A DNA stretch of 64,000 nucleotides from Phoronis australis (Eukaryota > Animalia > Phoronida). The notes below the pieces were generated by a model, which saw only the letters and a program-made list of their open reading frames with translations, was not told where the DNA came from and made no database searches. This document shows, in pieces, positions 1 to 14,026 of this stretch. Each line of letters opens with the position of its first letter. The stretch's first letter is position 1. The stretch covers positions 972,911 through 1,036,910 of the forward strand of contig NMRA01000032.1 in the NCBI GenBank assembly GCA_002633005.1, written 5' to 3'. A program made the translations under genes and the position numbers.

Positions 1-1642
1 TGATGGGTTTGACAAAGTATGAGGAGAGTCGTACTAATGACCGTAAAAATTCACATTTAAAATCTTACAGTAAAAAGGCTAGGAGTTACTGTACCTTCAG
101 TCATGGTCTAGCCTTGACTGGCAAAAAATAACTTTTTATTTTGGCCACTTACTATGATAAAGGTCGCCTCAATTCATTCCTAACTCATAGTAAAAGTGTT
201 TCGGGGTAGAACCTATTGTTTTCTAGTGCTCGCTCCATGTTTGGGCCTGAAATAATCCATCGTGACAAGTCTACTTATCAAGGCTTGTCTCCAGCAATAA
301 GAAAGTCCGATATTCCTAAACCCAGAAATCACTACTAATCTGATTAAGGAACTGTTTTAAAAGAGTAAGTAGATTGAATCAAAACTTCATCCTTAAGTCT
401 TTTTTGGCTAAAAAAGAGTTCAGAGTGCTCAGTTTCAACTCCTAGGCGGTGATGGGAGACCAAAGTATCGTTTGTTGGGAAATCCTCTGGCGCATGTTTT
501 TACGTGTATTTGTAATAGTATTGCTTATAATTTGCAGACAACACAGAGCGTGCTCTCGTCCTTGTCTGAGAGACTTGTCTCACGATTCAATACGGTATTT
601 TGGGTGTAGTGCTTGGTGGTTGGGTTGGCACCCTGAAACCTTCTGCTAGTTCCTGTCTTAACGCTTACTTCTGTTGGGGGCCTGTGCATGTGATGCTGGA
701 TGGGCAACTCGAAATTCACTAGGTGTTGTTCCGAGTGAAGCAGGGAACCTTCCCATAGAAATGCCAGGTAATCCTATGCTGATGATTTGGGGTCTGTGTT
801 GTGTAAAGTGGCTTAATTTGGTATTGTGCTATCACTTAATAACAGTTGCTGTATTACAGTTAACCAATAGTTACGAGCGCATCACTGCCCAGAAATATTT
901 CATAAAAATTGCCTCTGGCAGTAATCTGTAGAATCTCAGAGACTGCTAAGTGAGATTTAATTATTTTTCGCAAACAAATGTGTTGAGTGTAGAGCCAAAT
1001 TTCTCGACTTATCTCAAGTCATTTTTCATGAAACAGTCCTCTGCCTTCATTTTGTTCAGTTGTCAAGCACAGAAAAGAGGGATTTTTAGTCATTAACGTC
1101 ACCTAGTGAATGTCGAGTTGCCCACTGTACGTCTGTATTTCGTGGAACATTTTGTGTAAGGAAGATCTTTATTCACTCTACTCTGTGTTGTGCTACTGCA
1201 AACCGGTGCATGGTGAGTCGATACATGGCAATGGTACTGTTTGTCTTATCTTCCGTGCTTCCAATGAACCGTTGTATTTTTACTTGTGAAAAACTAAAAA
1301 TCATTACTACAGATTGTTTCGTACTGTTCCTTTACAGTAGATGGTTACCAAGGCGAACGTGTTCTGTAGACGCAGAAAGCTTATAAAAACGATAGATCAT
1401 GCAAGACTGCGAGATATCCCCTTGTGTTACAAGCAAAGCACATGAGCACACTAGTTCCCTTATTATGCCTACAGGATTGCTTTTAATCCTTTATGTTCTT
1501 GCAGTAACTAGAATAGATGTGATTTATATGCAGTTCACAAGCTTAAAAGCCTTGATTTCAAAGCACATCTCTGGATTCTTAATCCAGCTACAGTACTCCT
1601 CAAAATGTTTACTCTGCTAATGGCCTCTGTGAGTTTGCTGGT

Positions 1643-2882
1643 AATGGAGAATCTTGACCAAGCACCTTGACCTACATGCTGCAGCTGCTGGTGTCACACC
1701 TCTGTTGCGACCAGCTGCTGTAATCATGGCCACCAACATGTTTATAGTGGGTGCTAGTAGCTGTGTTCGGGTTTTTAAATAGATACTTTTATATATGGAA
1801 ACCAGTCTCTTTTGCCTTAGTGTTGAAAGTACATAAAATATTACAGCCGCTTCTAGGAGAACCCGATTAGCTGCCGTTGTGTCTGTTAGACCGTTGTTGG
1901 CTAACGAAAGACTGAAGACCGAAACTATCCAAAAAGAATAAAACCTAACATGTACATCATGTATAATTCATGAATAATTTAAAAAATATGGATGGTTGGA
2001 TTTCAACCTAATTAGAAATTATGGTTTGTGAGTTGCAAAATCTCGGGCGAAAGGTTTGCACGGTTTATAGCCACTTTAAAAGCTGGTGGCAAAGTCAAGA
2101 GACTCATGCCCCTCAAAGGTTTGCAACATTATAGGCTGCAAATTGGAATATGAATTTCTTTTCACTGCCTAACTAAAAAAGCTAAATAGCACAGCTTGGT
2201 ATAGGCATTAAATTCTCACCGAAAAATGGGGCAGAATGTTTAATCTCAACGTAGATGTACAACACGCGGAATTGTGTAAAAGCTAAAAGTGAATTGCCAA
2301 AGCTCTTTATGCATTTCTGAAATAAAAGATTAATTTTCATTATCCTAATTCACCTGTTGTCAAATTGGGACACTCACTCAGTCGTGTTTGCCTGAATTCC
2401 AAATAAGACTTTTGTCATTGAAATTGCAATTTACTGCATGGTGAAATGATTTATTATATGAAGTTTATCGGGTGAACATTACGACAAGTACTGACCAATG
2501 AGTTTGGTGAAAAACAATTGAAGAGAAAAAAATAACGGTTTATTTTACTGACTTATATGTCGCCTGGTCACCATGGTCACATTCATTGAATATATATTTT
2601 ACACCGGCGCATTTAGGCCGAGCAACCTCAACAGCATAGATTTTCTGAACGCTTTCATCTTAATTCTTATATATAGTTATAAATAATTATTACAAAAGGG
2701 AAATAAAGAGTTGATTCAACGTCCGACACAAAGATTTATTTTCCACACTAATTTGCCACACTTCACTGACATACACTTTCTGGTTCATGAACTCTCGTGA
2801 CCTGCGGGCTAATTTTACACCGTCCGTGTGACGTCGGCCGCAGTAGAATGTAGGTCAAGGTGCTTGGTCAAAAATCTCCATT
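1643..2882. mobile_element. Non-autonomous TIR element (~1.24 kb)
   Basis: AATGGAGAATCTTGACCAAGCACCTTGACCTACAT at 1643 and its reverse complement ATGTAGGTCAAGGTGCTTGGTCAAAAATCTCCATT ending at 2882 (~35 bp, 2 mismatches). No ORF inside. Confidence 0.7.
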
Positions 2883-5090
2883 GTGTGTCTAGCTTATAGA
2901 ACAGTGAAGTCCAAACTGATTTAGCCACCATTCATACGTAATCGAAACAATGCCAAACAAAAGGCTGTGCTCTTAAAAATAGTCTCGTTTTCTTATTACG
3001 TGATTCATTCATTTTTGCTTTATTATAACAAGTGCTCATCCTTAGAGTACACGTTTTTGATTTGTGAAAGGGATACATTTAATTTACCAATTTTGGAAAC
3101 ATTTCCACTGAGAAAAACATGGATTACTCTTTACCATTCAACATGTTTTGACGTTAAGTCTTGTGGATGTTCCCAACAGAATCATCCTTATGTACCTCTA
3201 GAACACATGCACTAATAACCCCTCAGCTGGAATGGTGTCAGACATGGCGCCATGGGCAGAACTCAAAGCCATGCTGATTATCTTCTTGAAATTACAAAAA
3301 TAAATTGAGCATAATGAACAGAACTATAATGATGATATTTTGCCTGTGCGGCAAACACTCTTATAATGGAATGTTTTATATCTCCTGCGGCATGCCCTCC
3401 AAAGTTCTCCAGGTCCAAGTAACCTTTGTATAACCAATGACAGATGACTGGTATAGATTTGATGTTTAAAAATGTTCAAATTAGCATCATGTGACTGTTT
3501 GAACCCAGTCATCTGATTACTAACACCTTCAATATTGTGTAAAACGTATCCTTATTGGCAAAACAAGCTCTTTGCAGCAGGCCTCCTCCCTTTCCCAAAA
3601 GGAGTACTTACCATACATGTCCAAGTTAATGTCGTCGGGGTGGACTTAAAAACGAACATGTGGCTTAAAAATTTTTGAGAAGTTGGCAAGGGGGTTTGCA
3701 CAAACCATCGATTGCTCAAGCAATTGTTTCCACTTGAATACGATATATGATGATACTAGAATGTTCATGAACTGAAAGAACCATTTCAAGTCTCCTCAGT
3801 AAAAATTAGGTATTTTCTTGTCTGAACATGTCAAGGTTACCACTGAAGCTGAATATTTGTTACTCAGAGGTGGGCGAATTGCGTACGCTTTGAGAGCTAA
3901 AATTCTGCAGGGAAGGCGTTTATAAAAAAACTGCCTTTTTAAGAACTCTCGATGGTGTAAATTGGGACTGGGTGTCAAGAAGGGCGTGGGTATTTAAAAG
4001 TGAAATTAAAAAAAAATTAAGGACTTGGGTGCTTGGTCAAACGTGAGCACTAACCCGATTGAGTGCAGTTATCCTAACATTTTAGGCAATTTCAATTGGT
4101 TCTGTTGAAAATCAGACTAGATTTATCCCCCCTGCACTCTAGCTGATGGAATATAAATCTCTGTGTTCTGGTTTTACTCTTTCTACTGAACAACTGCCTT
4201 GTCAGATTTCGAGTTAAAAGTGTTTGAATGAGTCAGAAGCTGTTATTCGAGTGTACTGATTTAAAAGGTTTTGTCATGTGTTTACCCCTCCCTAGCGTAC
4301 ATTTTGCACTTTTGAAATGTCACTAATATTGAGTTGTCATTATGTTCTAGCTATTAAGTTTATGTTGGACCATATTTACAAGTCTGTTGATTTATTCAAA
4401 TATCACCACAGTTATTTAAATATTGACAAAGTAAAAGTATTATGTTTCTGAAAGCCTGTAAACTTTTTCTGAAATGTGATTTTGTTTTCGTTTTTTCAAA
4501 TTTTGGAGTTTTTCACAAAACTCATGGAAACACAAAATTTGATAATCTCTCATGGCTTATACAAAGGTGGATTAAAAAAAAACACCTCATAACAGTGTTT
4601 TGGAGAATAGTGCATAAAGCATTTAGTATCTGAAAGTTTTATGTGATCAGATCAGTCATTTCTAATGAAGTTGCCAAATTTGGACATTTTTTTCAAGTCC
4701 TACATAACCTTAAATACTTCTGTTGTTTGTATGTCTGCATTATTGTGGCTCATAGAACTGCATGGATTTTCTCTCGATTTGTACCATATGGATTTTCTAT
4801 GTGTGAAGCCTAACTGGAGAATTGTAACATGGCGAATTAACATCACTGTTTTTAAATATTTCTAGTGTGGTAAAAATTCTCCAGTTTTTGACACACTGAA
4901 AATTCATTTTGTTGATTGTCTGAGCTTTTACGAAATTTTGGAAATAAGCAATATTGTCTCTCCCAAATTCAAGAATTGTGACCTAAGGCAAAGGATCCTT
5001 CACTTCCATGGTGTACAGTATGCGAATTATATAATCTACCTTTGACACCAAGAAATAATTCCTTCATCAATGTGCTTTTTGGTAAGCAAT

Positions 5091-5104
5091 TCACCAGGTG
5101 GCGC
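5091..5104 (+). promoter_or_regulatory. CTCF-like motif
   Basis: TCACCAGGTGGCGC versus consensus CCASYAGRKGGCRS (1 mismatch). Confidence 0.4.
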
Positions 5105-5912
5105 TAGTGAAACAAGAATCCCACCTATAGAAATGACTTCAGTGTGGTAATTCCATGGAAATGCTATTTCAAAATGTGCCCATGCTGAAGCACTGATTCC
5201 CTCTGTCAATCTATTTCTATTAAAGTGCATGCACTGTTGTCTTAGAAAACCATGGTTTTGATTCATGTTTTGAGGTGGAACCTTTTGTTTTTATTTTTAA
5301 TATGGCGATAGCATTACTGATTACACCAGATAATACCATAGAGCAAATAAATAGAGTCCATTGCATGCTTCGTTAGTAAGATTCAAGGCCGCTAACCGTA
5401 TCGTAATTTTCCTCTTATTTCGCAGAAAATGAATCAAGGTATTTTTCCGATAACAACCAACTATTGCCAACAATCCCTATCATGGCATGTTTGCAACAGC
5501 ATGATATATTCTAATAAATGGACGAATGAAGTTACACAATATATAGTACTCAGACTTCAGTGCAGTTAAAAAGACTTGTAATTACTGGGATTAACCACAG
5601 GGTTTTCCCGAAAAATTGACCATGTGTGAAATTCCTGCCATGTAGTCTGCTACGAAATGATCGAGGGACAAAAAGGTATTTTTCCAAATAATTTGAAGTG
5701 TGCGAAATGAGGTGAACTTATTGATTTAGTGGAGAATTTCTATGTATATTCCAGCTTGAAGTTCGTGATTTTGGCTTGACCTAATTAGCACTTACAAATA
5801 GGACCCCTTATTCCTTTGTACCACCTTTTGAGTATTGCGTTGGGCATTTTGTTGTATAGGTTTTTTAGGTGTTTCCGGATTTGTTCTGATCTTGCCAGTG
5901 GTTCCTTTGTAG

Positions 5913-6030
5913 ACCAACAAAGATGATATTAAGACGAAACTTGACCGCTTAGAGGCTGCCCTGCAGGTCCAGATGGACTTCAACCGGCACCTCCTGAAGC
6001 AGCTGCAACAGGAGAGGGAGGCTGTGAAAG
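5913..6030 (+). CDS. MGAT1: MGAT1 (GnT-I) coding exon, luminal stem/coiled-coil region
   Basis: tttgtAG acceptor and G|GTAGGT donor. Encodes TNKDDIKTKLDRLEAALQVQMDFNRHLLKQLQQEREAVK. Its phase-1 end joins the 8647 exon in frame. Confidence 0.8.
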
Positions 6031-6393
6031 GTAGGTGATATGGTATATGGGTTCAGACTGACTGAACCACACTGGAACGGTGCGTGTTGGTCCCACATGT
6101 ATCCACTGGTACGACTACTACTTGGCAAAAACGAACATCCGACATTCAGCATTTGGCGACATTGGTTTTTTGTATGAGTCTTTTGAACTGCCCACCTTAC
6201 CAATGTTATCACAGAAATCAGCTCTAAGTTGAGTGATAAAATTGAGCTATTTTTATTACTGCAAGTGGCCTAAATCAAAAGTTGTATTTCGCCATGGTAC
6301 AGGTTTATCGAACCTTTAAAATGACATGTGATCTGTATTTTTTCTAAATAGGATTTAACTTCATGAGCTCCTACAAATCGGTAGAAAACTTAA

Positions 6394-6801
6394 AGTTGCA
6401 GAGTCCTTGTTTATCACGTTATTGAAAATCGATGAAAGAGGATTTTACGAGTTTGAAAATAGATGAGATGTTACGAGTTTTCACACAAAGTTTAGAATTT
6501 TTTCCACAATCGCGTTAAGGTTATTGGCATTTGATTGGCAGTGGCTGCACGCGATTGACTCCGCAATGGTCAACAGGTTGAGACATCTGATTGGTTGGTA
6601 TGCTGGAAGTTGTATTCACAAACTAATCAGATGTCTCAGATGGTGACCTGACGGAACGGAGCCAATGTTTCAAACTTTTCCGTTAGAATTGAGTATTTTT
6701 AAAAGTATCAAAGATCATGATTCATTTCAATGTATAACATACAAAGTTTTAGTTTGATTTAAATTTAACTTTCTTATCTGCCAAACACAAGTGTAGCAAC
6801 T
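6394..6801. mobile_element. TTAA-flanked MITE (Kolobok-like termini) with internal hairpin
   Basis: TTAA|AGTTGC ... GCAACT|TTAA termini. An internal inverted pair TGAGACATCTGATTGGTT / AACTAATCAGATGTCTCA lies at ~6579-6639. Confidence 0.5.
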
Positions 6802-8646
6802 TTAAATGTGAAAATTGGTTTTGAACCCCCAACTCTGCCACATGGCAGATCTAACCTTGAGTGATCCCAACTCTCATTTTGTTGACACATTTTGTGTGGT
6901 CAAGTCAAAGTACAAACTATGAAGAAAAAGCAATCAAAAATCTTTCAGAAAATTGTATGTCTGCCATACGAGACAAAGTTGAGTTAATAGAAAGATGTGT
7001 ACATTATTTTTTAAAATATTTTCTTTCAACTCACTGTTAGTTTTCTATGTGCTCTATGCATTATGTTCTTTTTTGCTGTCTGAGAACTCCCGTCTTAGAC
7101 AATAATTAGGATGTTCATATTGGGTCGGATTAGTTCCCATCTCAGCATCCTCCTCCAAATTTAAAAAAAAATTTGGGAGGTAAGCTTGTTTTGTTGCATT
7201 TGGTTTAGGGCCCTCCCCTTGATTTTTAGTGTCCTAATTCAATAGCCCACCTTGTAAGTAATCTTATTTAGTTGCATTTGGTCTAAAGCCCATTAACTGA
7301 TTTTTAAGTTTCTTGATTCAAATGCCCTTTCCATGAATCCAAGTGGCTGTGGTGAAATGAAATAAAGAGAAATGGGAATAATTGAAAAAACAGGGTCGCT
7401 GATATAGATACAGCATCATTGTGATTGGACAGTTTATGTCATTTAATAGATAAATATCGAGGATGTGGTTCGTTTCATAGTCAACCCTATGCTTCCCTGC
7501 GACAAAAGCTCTCGTTTTTTCGACTTGGCTTTGTTTCTCAATTACACTTCACAGACACCAGACACTACTGCTGGGTACTAATCAGACAACACTAATCTTA
7601 GCCACGCTTTTGATGTCTACACCATGTATTAATCAGACATTTCCCTTCCAGTCCAAGTCCTATGACTGCAAGTGTAGACATGGGTTGTGATTTCAGTGTT
7701 GTTCAATACCACACACATTGATTGAACAGCGGTGTTAAATTCTGTAGGAGTCTGTGGTATGAAAATGCAGTCTAGGGCATACAGTTTCGTTCCATATATC
7801 GAGACATTGCTCTGCATTCGGTAGCCTCCTATCCGGCTTCTCTGATTATGCTCAATATTTACCCATAATGCTGAGTTTCAGTGGCGCAGCTGTTTCACAG
7901 TTGTGCACTACTTCCATTGTTTTACATAAAAGTAGTCTTATTTTTTTGTTGTTGTATCCTCTCTCCCCTGTTGTGCATGGTGAGGACGTGAATGGTATTT
8001 GTTCGTTTTGTTATTTTAGATTGTTATCATCTTGCGCTCATTTTGCATTGTTTCTTTGAACTTGAGCATCGATTCAGTCAGCTCATTCTGAAGTGGGTAA
8101 TTTAGAGTAAATTACTTTTTCTGGGAACTGAATTCAAATATAAAGTGGAAACACTTATACAAATTTATATTATGTTACAAGGATAACCTAGGATTGTGTT
8201 TCTACAAGAAATATTCATTAGTCTGGATATTGAAGATTTTTTTGAAAATGAGTGGAATGGTCTTATTTTTTGAAGCTTTAGAATAGTAGAGGCGATAGTA
8301 TTGAGAAATTGAGCTTTATAAAAGCACATGATATCAATATTCAAACAGCTTAGTTTATTGAACACCTACTATTTTATCCATAGTAACTAGTATAATATAA
8401 TATTATTATTTATATTAAACATGTTTAATTCTAGAAATTGAGGATTTGAAAATTGTCATAGTTTGCCAAGCTTTGGAAAATACATAGTTGACGAACTTTT
8501 TACATGATTTTGTAAGTTCGTATTAAGAAACTATCTGTAGCTTACATAATATTGTTGTGCAATGCTGAGTTCTATAAAAGCATCGCATACATCAATATTG
8601 TTACAGCTTGACATTGATCAGCACCTGTTGTATCATTTGTTTTCAG

Positions 8647-8845
8647 AAACTGCAGGCGGCTCAAACCAGGAAGTGGCCAAGAGTCTCCCTGTGAATCCTG
8701 TTGGTGAGTCCAACAAGGCTCCACCTTCGGACAACAAGTCAGTTCTTGGCTTGAACACAAGCAAGGAGGCCACTTCTATACCCATCCTCATTATAGCATG
8801 TAACCGGCCAGACGCCATTAAAAGAAGTCTCGACCAGTTAATTGA
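8647..8845 (+). CDS. MGAT1: MGAT1 coding exon, stem and start of the catalytic domain
   Basis: ttttcAG acceptor and GA|GTGAGT donor. Encodes ETAGG...IPILIIACNRPDAIKRSLDQLI, matching the GT13 'ILVIACDR' motif. Confidence 0.93.
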
Positions 8846-11202
8846 GTGAGTGTTTTTCCTTGCTTAGAAATACCCAGTGGGGAAGTCGCTGCTGTTTTCA
8901 AAATCTTACAACACTGCCAGTGAACTCCCATGTTGAGAGGCCCACCACAGAATTAGTGTGGATAGTAAAGTGGTTAGGGTCTTCACTTCACAGTCGGGTA
9001 TTTTGGTGGGTGAATTTGGTGAACAATTTGGCCAAACCCACCATAGTTTGCAAATTGTGATATTGATAAGATCTGTCGTGCCTCTGACCTGGTAAACAAC
9101 ACAGCAACCACCTAGGGTTGGAAGATATCTCACTAGCTTAAAAGTCCTGAACAGTCTTTAAAGAAAAGAAATCTACCCACAGTTGATATTTCTCTTGTAT
9201 TGACGTGACAAGTTCCGCGTACGGGTAGTCCTATCAGTACATTGAAATCACAAGTCATAAAACACCTGGCCTTAAGCAATTTTGTTCATAATGGATTATA
9301 TATTATAATTACAACCACCATATTTCAGATTTTGCGCTCTTGAGCATACCTGGTTATTAAGTCATACTATCAGTTCAGTTATGAAACATAGTTTTAGCTC
9401 AGTTAAACAACGTTTTGTCACGGGTTGTTTTTTACTGATGAATCTGCCGTCAGTCAGCACACTTATCTCAAGTGACTTGGTTGGTTTGATTGCTGTGGTG
9501 AAATTGTGTGATTTTCCCAACTGTGCTGCTGAGGTGATCTTATGGTTTCCCACTGTGATGAGGCAGCACTGGGTCATGCTATCTCTCCTCTGATTGGCTC
9601 CTGTGTCACCTCCCCTGCTGAGTGTCTGTGGTGCTTCCTTTGACATCAAGCTGTGTCCAATATTATGGCTATTAATCAGATATTTCCTGTCAGTTATTGC
9701 TGAATCATTATAAAGTTGTTGGATTTTGTTGCTTTCCTATATGTGATGTTCATGTGGCTTAAAGCTCTTTGTCTTAAGATTATGCGTGACTTTATTAACA
9801 AGTCTGCGTATTTAATAGTTAAATATCCACAAAACTGGACTTTAACTCTGTAAGACTAAAGTAGAAACCCTGTAGAATTTAATTTTTGAATTTTTATCAA
9901 TCTGGAATTAATTGGGTCACGTGACCATGTCTTTTAGTGATATTTAGCCAAAAACGAGAGAGGTAAATTCGTAACAAAGCAATCGTATCAATAACATGGA
10001 CATATTTTACTGGATGTAAGTATTAAGATGAAAAATCAGAAACGCTTTTACTGTTTTCTAAAATATCGTTTCGTTTGCGTTTTATGCGCCTTTCAATTTT
10101 TTCCTATAAATCATGAAAGTCCTATTTTTTGATAGTCTGTCGTGTAAAAGTGGAATATTTTAAAAATAATTCCTGGCAGCACTTTGTAGAACAGTTTGTC
10201 AATCATAGTTAATGAAATTTTCATGTGAATCCAATCATCCATATGACATTCCGAAATGTGCCAAATTTGGAATTTTCTAGGGTCCTACATCACCTGAAGA
10301 AATCGTTAAAAGCTGTGTGCTGTTTGATTAGTGGATTTTCGCATTGGGAAACTGGTCCTTAATAACCTAATATTTTTCCAATCATTAATATGGTATGTAC
10401 CTCATGTCTAATGTACATTTAATTTGTTTGCCCGGCACTAGAGGGTGACACATAACAACACACTAGGCTAAGTTCGGTAGACTGCAATACGGTGTGGAAA
10501 CACTGAGTGGATTCAATCCCACTATGCAGTACTCCAAACTCGTCGACCAATCTCTTTTGTAGCCTTTATTTCGCTACAACAGACTAGTAAGCTTCCAAGC
10601 ATACTCGCAAACACTCGCTTTTCACTCATGGGATTTGGCAATATCTCAAGAAACTAGGTATACAAATGCTCTCCTAGATGAAATGTTATTCACCAATAAA
10701 GTCGTTGAAGGGACCTTCAAATTCCTATGTCATGTCATCTTAGGAAATTATGGTTGTTGTTAATGAACCGGGTTATCCCTCATAATTTCACCTGATAAAA
10801 CCATGGACCAATTAAAGTTTTGTTCCTTCAACGGACAATTTTGCCATTGCTAAATTGATTTATTCTACTTTGATGTTTATGATTTCTGCTTGACCAAATT
10901 ACCGCTACGTAGGGTTATAAACATTCATAGTGCATATTGGACGTTTTGGATAACATGAACATAAAACAGAAAATATTTCATTTCCTAATTTTAGATTTAA
11001 AAAATTTGATAAACGTTTTGGTGCTTTGGTATCTTTGGCCATTTTTTCCTAAAAGGTAGTTGTCGTGTTAGCCTATGTCATGGCACGAAGCTCTGTCAGG
11101 TAATAGTAGCTCTCCTTTTGTGTAACAACAACATTTTCCTTGAAGAATTGTACAATGATCAACTGAGACAGTATCAGCAGCTTGCTATGTTATATATTTT
11201 AG

Positions 11203-11450
11203 CCTGCCTCATGATGAGAACAAACATCCCATAATAGTCAGCCAGGATTGTGGTGAACATCGAACGGCTGAAATGGTGCGCTCCTATGGGACGAAAGTGA
11301 AACTTCTTGAACACAAGGACAACAGCGAAATCAAGGTGGACGCAAAAAGCAAGAAGTTTATTGGTTACTACAAGATAGCTCGTCACTACAAGTGGGCGTT
11401 GACACAGATCTTTGATGTGTTAAACCACGATGCCGTCATAATTGTTGAAG
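11203..11450 (+). CDS. MGAT1: MGAT1 coding exon
   Basis: ttttAG acceptor and G|GTGAAA donor. Encodes PIIVSQDCG...GYYKIARHYKWAL...AVIIVE, hallmark GnT-I motifs. Confidence 0.96.
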
Positions 11451-12455
11451 GTGAAAATCAAACCCTTACACTACACGACTTTAAAGGCTTGTCTACACAC
11501 TCCAATCTTTCATACATGAGTTTGCATAGGACTACCGTACATGAGGCTAATTCAGTAATTGGACTGTGGTCTGTCATGACTTTTTGAGCTGAAAAGTAAC
11601 ACACGAAGTCGTATCTGACTGTCAGTTTGGGTTGACAGTGTTCCAAAGGCTCTAAGGTCCTAAACAAAAAATAAGATTGTGCAGACAGTTTTATTTCTGA
11701 AATCAATTTTGTAGCTGTTCATTTCTTGGTGTTTTTTTCTCATTTTTGTGCACTTCTCAGTTTGAAAGACAGAGTGTTTTCTCAGAAATCAATTATTGTG
11801 TGATGTAACTTTCTGGTAGATCCTTGAAATTGAGTTTTGAATATGCTCTCGCATGGAATAACTGAATTACAAATATGTTCTCACGCAGAGCATTTACGCA
11901 TCTTGAACTTTTCCTGGATGAAACACTTCAACCACTGATTTCAAGCGTTCTCGGACACGGAACAGTTACATTTTGAGCATGCTCTGAAACAGAACTCCTA
12001 CATGAAACTGTGCTATTTTGAACATATTCTTGACATGGAACAGTTGACTTTGAATTACACACCTCCACAGAATTATTTATCATCTGTTCAACACCAAAAA
12101 GAGGTCACGTTCCAGTAAATATGACACCTCGTTACGTCTTTGTGACCATTTCTTGCTGAAATACTAATTCTTATTTTCTTTCTGTTCATAACATTGTAGC
12201 TCGTCAGTGGTCAGCGAACTGTATGACATCTTATTCATCGGAATAATTGAAAACTTAATGTAATTACCAATTTATTATTAGACAAAATTTGTCGAGCACA
12301 CAACAATGTTCACGATTGATAGTGTTCATCGATATTCTCTGTATCTTTGACTGTCATTTGCAGTAGGCCAAGAAACATGAGAAAAGTAATGGTTGATTTT
12401 GACAGCTATATTTTCAAGTTATTTTTTTGTACATTTTGGTTTTGTAATTCTCCAG

Positions 12456-12590
12456 ATGATCTGGACATTGCGCCAGATTTCTACGAATACTTCGATGCAA
12501 CTTATCACATCCTCCACGCTGACCCTACGTTATGGTGCGTCTCCGCCTGGAATGACAATGGCAAGGTTGACAAAGTGTCTAATTCACCAG
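12456..12590 (+). CDS. MGAT1: MGAT1 coding exon completing the EDD (DxD) metal-binding motif
   Basis: tccAG acceptor and G|GTAAAG donor. Encodes DDLDIAPDFYEYF...DPTLWCVSAWNDNGK. Confidence 0.97.
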
Positions 12591-12658
12591 GTAAAGATTT
12601 TTCCCCGTGCTGTTTATGTATCTCTATATTTTATTGCCAGTGACATCTTAACTTGATA

Positions 12659-12904
12659 TGGTAAAATCTCGCCAGTTGCGGACAAAAATAATTGCCAGAA
12701 TTACCTTTTTTGTTTGTCAAGGTCTTGTAGCGCTGTTGTTAATGCCCACATTTTATTCAAAATGGTTTCTGATGGCAGCTATGGTACAAAACTTAGACTT
12801 GGTAAAACAATCATTTGATGCTGCACATCTTTAACGAAGAAATGAGAAAATGAAATTCCACTTGTCCACCATATAGCATTCAGAAATGGGGAGATTTTAC
12901 CGTA
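12659..12904. mobile_element. MITE (GGTAAAATCTC ... GAGATTTTACC), multicopy in the window
   Basis: Terminal inverted repeat present. The internal AATGCCC...GAAAA..AAATT.CA.TTGT segment recurs at ~28240-28405 and ~52907-53143. Confidence 0.55.
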
Positions 12905-13705
12905 AGAGGTAGGTTGATAATAGTTCTGTTGTCTACGATTGTTTGCTGGTTCATTCAAGGTGATATGACATTTTTTGATGCTGGTGAAAAAGGCCTAGTA
13001 TAACGAGTGGTTCCTCAATCCGTGTCTTGAGACTTATGATGTCTTACTTTTCAAACCCATCATGGGTCCTTCGATCAACTCTGATTTAGGCATATACAGC
13101 ACAAGATAAAAGTAATCAGACAAAACATCATTTTTCCATCATGACGGCTAATTCTGTTAACAGCAAAAATGACTGCTAATAACTATTAGGGGAGATAATT
13201 TCAATTACAGAATGGCTTATCTACCTTACTAACTTTCCTGATTATTCCCCTTTGTTCTTCGTCATGAGGGACGACTAGTTTTGACAAGCGATTTGGCTTC
13301 TGCCTAGCCATCACGACGACGGGGAATTATGGGTCATTGTCTTTGAATGCTTTTGGCTTATACTTTACGTACTAAAAACAGAAAGACAATTGTGAGCAAG
13401 CATGCCACTAAAAAGCTAATATCATGCAATGTCCGTGGATGACAAATTTTTTTCTTTAATTTAATATTTGTCAAGTCAGCATGTCCAATAAAATTTGAAA
13501 TTGGGTCTCCTAAAGGTCACTGTACAAAAATGTTAGTTATCGGATAGTGGTTATGCCATGGGGATTAGTTAATTTGAATGGAAATGAAACTCCACCACGT
13601 GGGTTCTCTCTGAGCACATCTCCTGCTTTCTTGCTTAATCAGGTCAGACTGTGTCCTCTGTCTATAAAATCAATTGCACTCGTCTGTTTAATGGTGCTGT
13701 TGTAG

Positions 13706-13796
13706 AGCTGTTGTACAGAACGGACTTTTTTCCTGGTCTCGGATGGATGATGGAGAGGAAACTGTGGAATGAATTGAAAGAAAAATGGCCAGTAAC
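13706..13796 (+). CDS. MGAT1: MGAT1 coding exon
   Basis: tgtAG acceptor and AC|GTAAGT donor. Encodes [30 protein letters not shown]. Confidence 0.97.
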
Positions 13797-13921
13797 GTAA
13801 GTGTTGCTCAAAACCAGTAAAACGATCTCAAGTCGAGGCCATTTGATATGTAGGACAGAAAACTCTATTGCGGCCACTTTATTCGACTTCCTCTCGTAAT
13901 TGTCTTTACTGTTGTTTTTAG

Positions 13922-14026
13922 GTTTTGGGACGACTGGATGAGGCAACCCGCTCAACGCCAAGACAGGGCTTGCATACGGCCCGAGATTAGTCGAACTAAA
14001 ACATTTGGGGAGAAAGGCGTGAGCAA
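13922..14026 (+). CDS. MGAT1: MGAT1 coding exon
   Basis: tttttAG acceptor and AA|GTGAGT donor. Encodes [34 protein letters not shown]. Confidence 0.97.

Noticed and set aside
449-649. Hydrophobic ORF as the missing MGAT1 transmembrane exon
   Set aside because: No resemblance to GnT-I N-termini that I can recognise, and no good phase-0 donor after the hydrophobic stretch.
11830-12060. Recurring TTTTGAxxATGCTCT-like motif
   Set aside because: Too degenerate to define a unit; probably an old intronic minisatellite.
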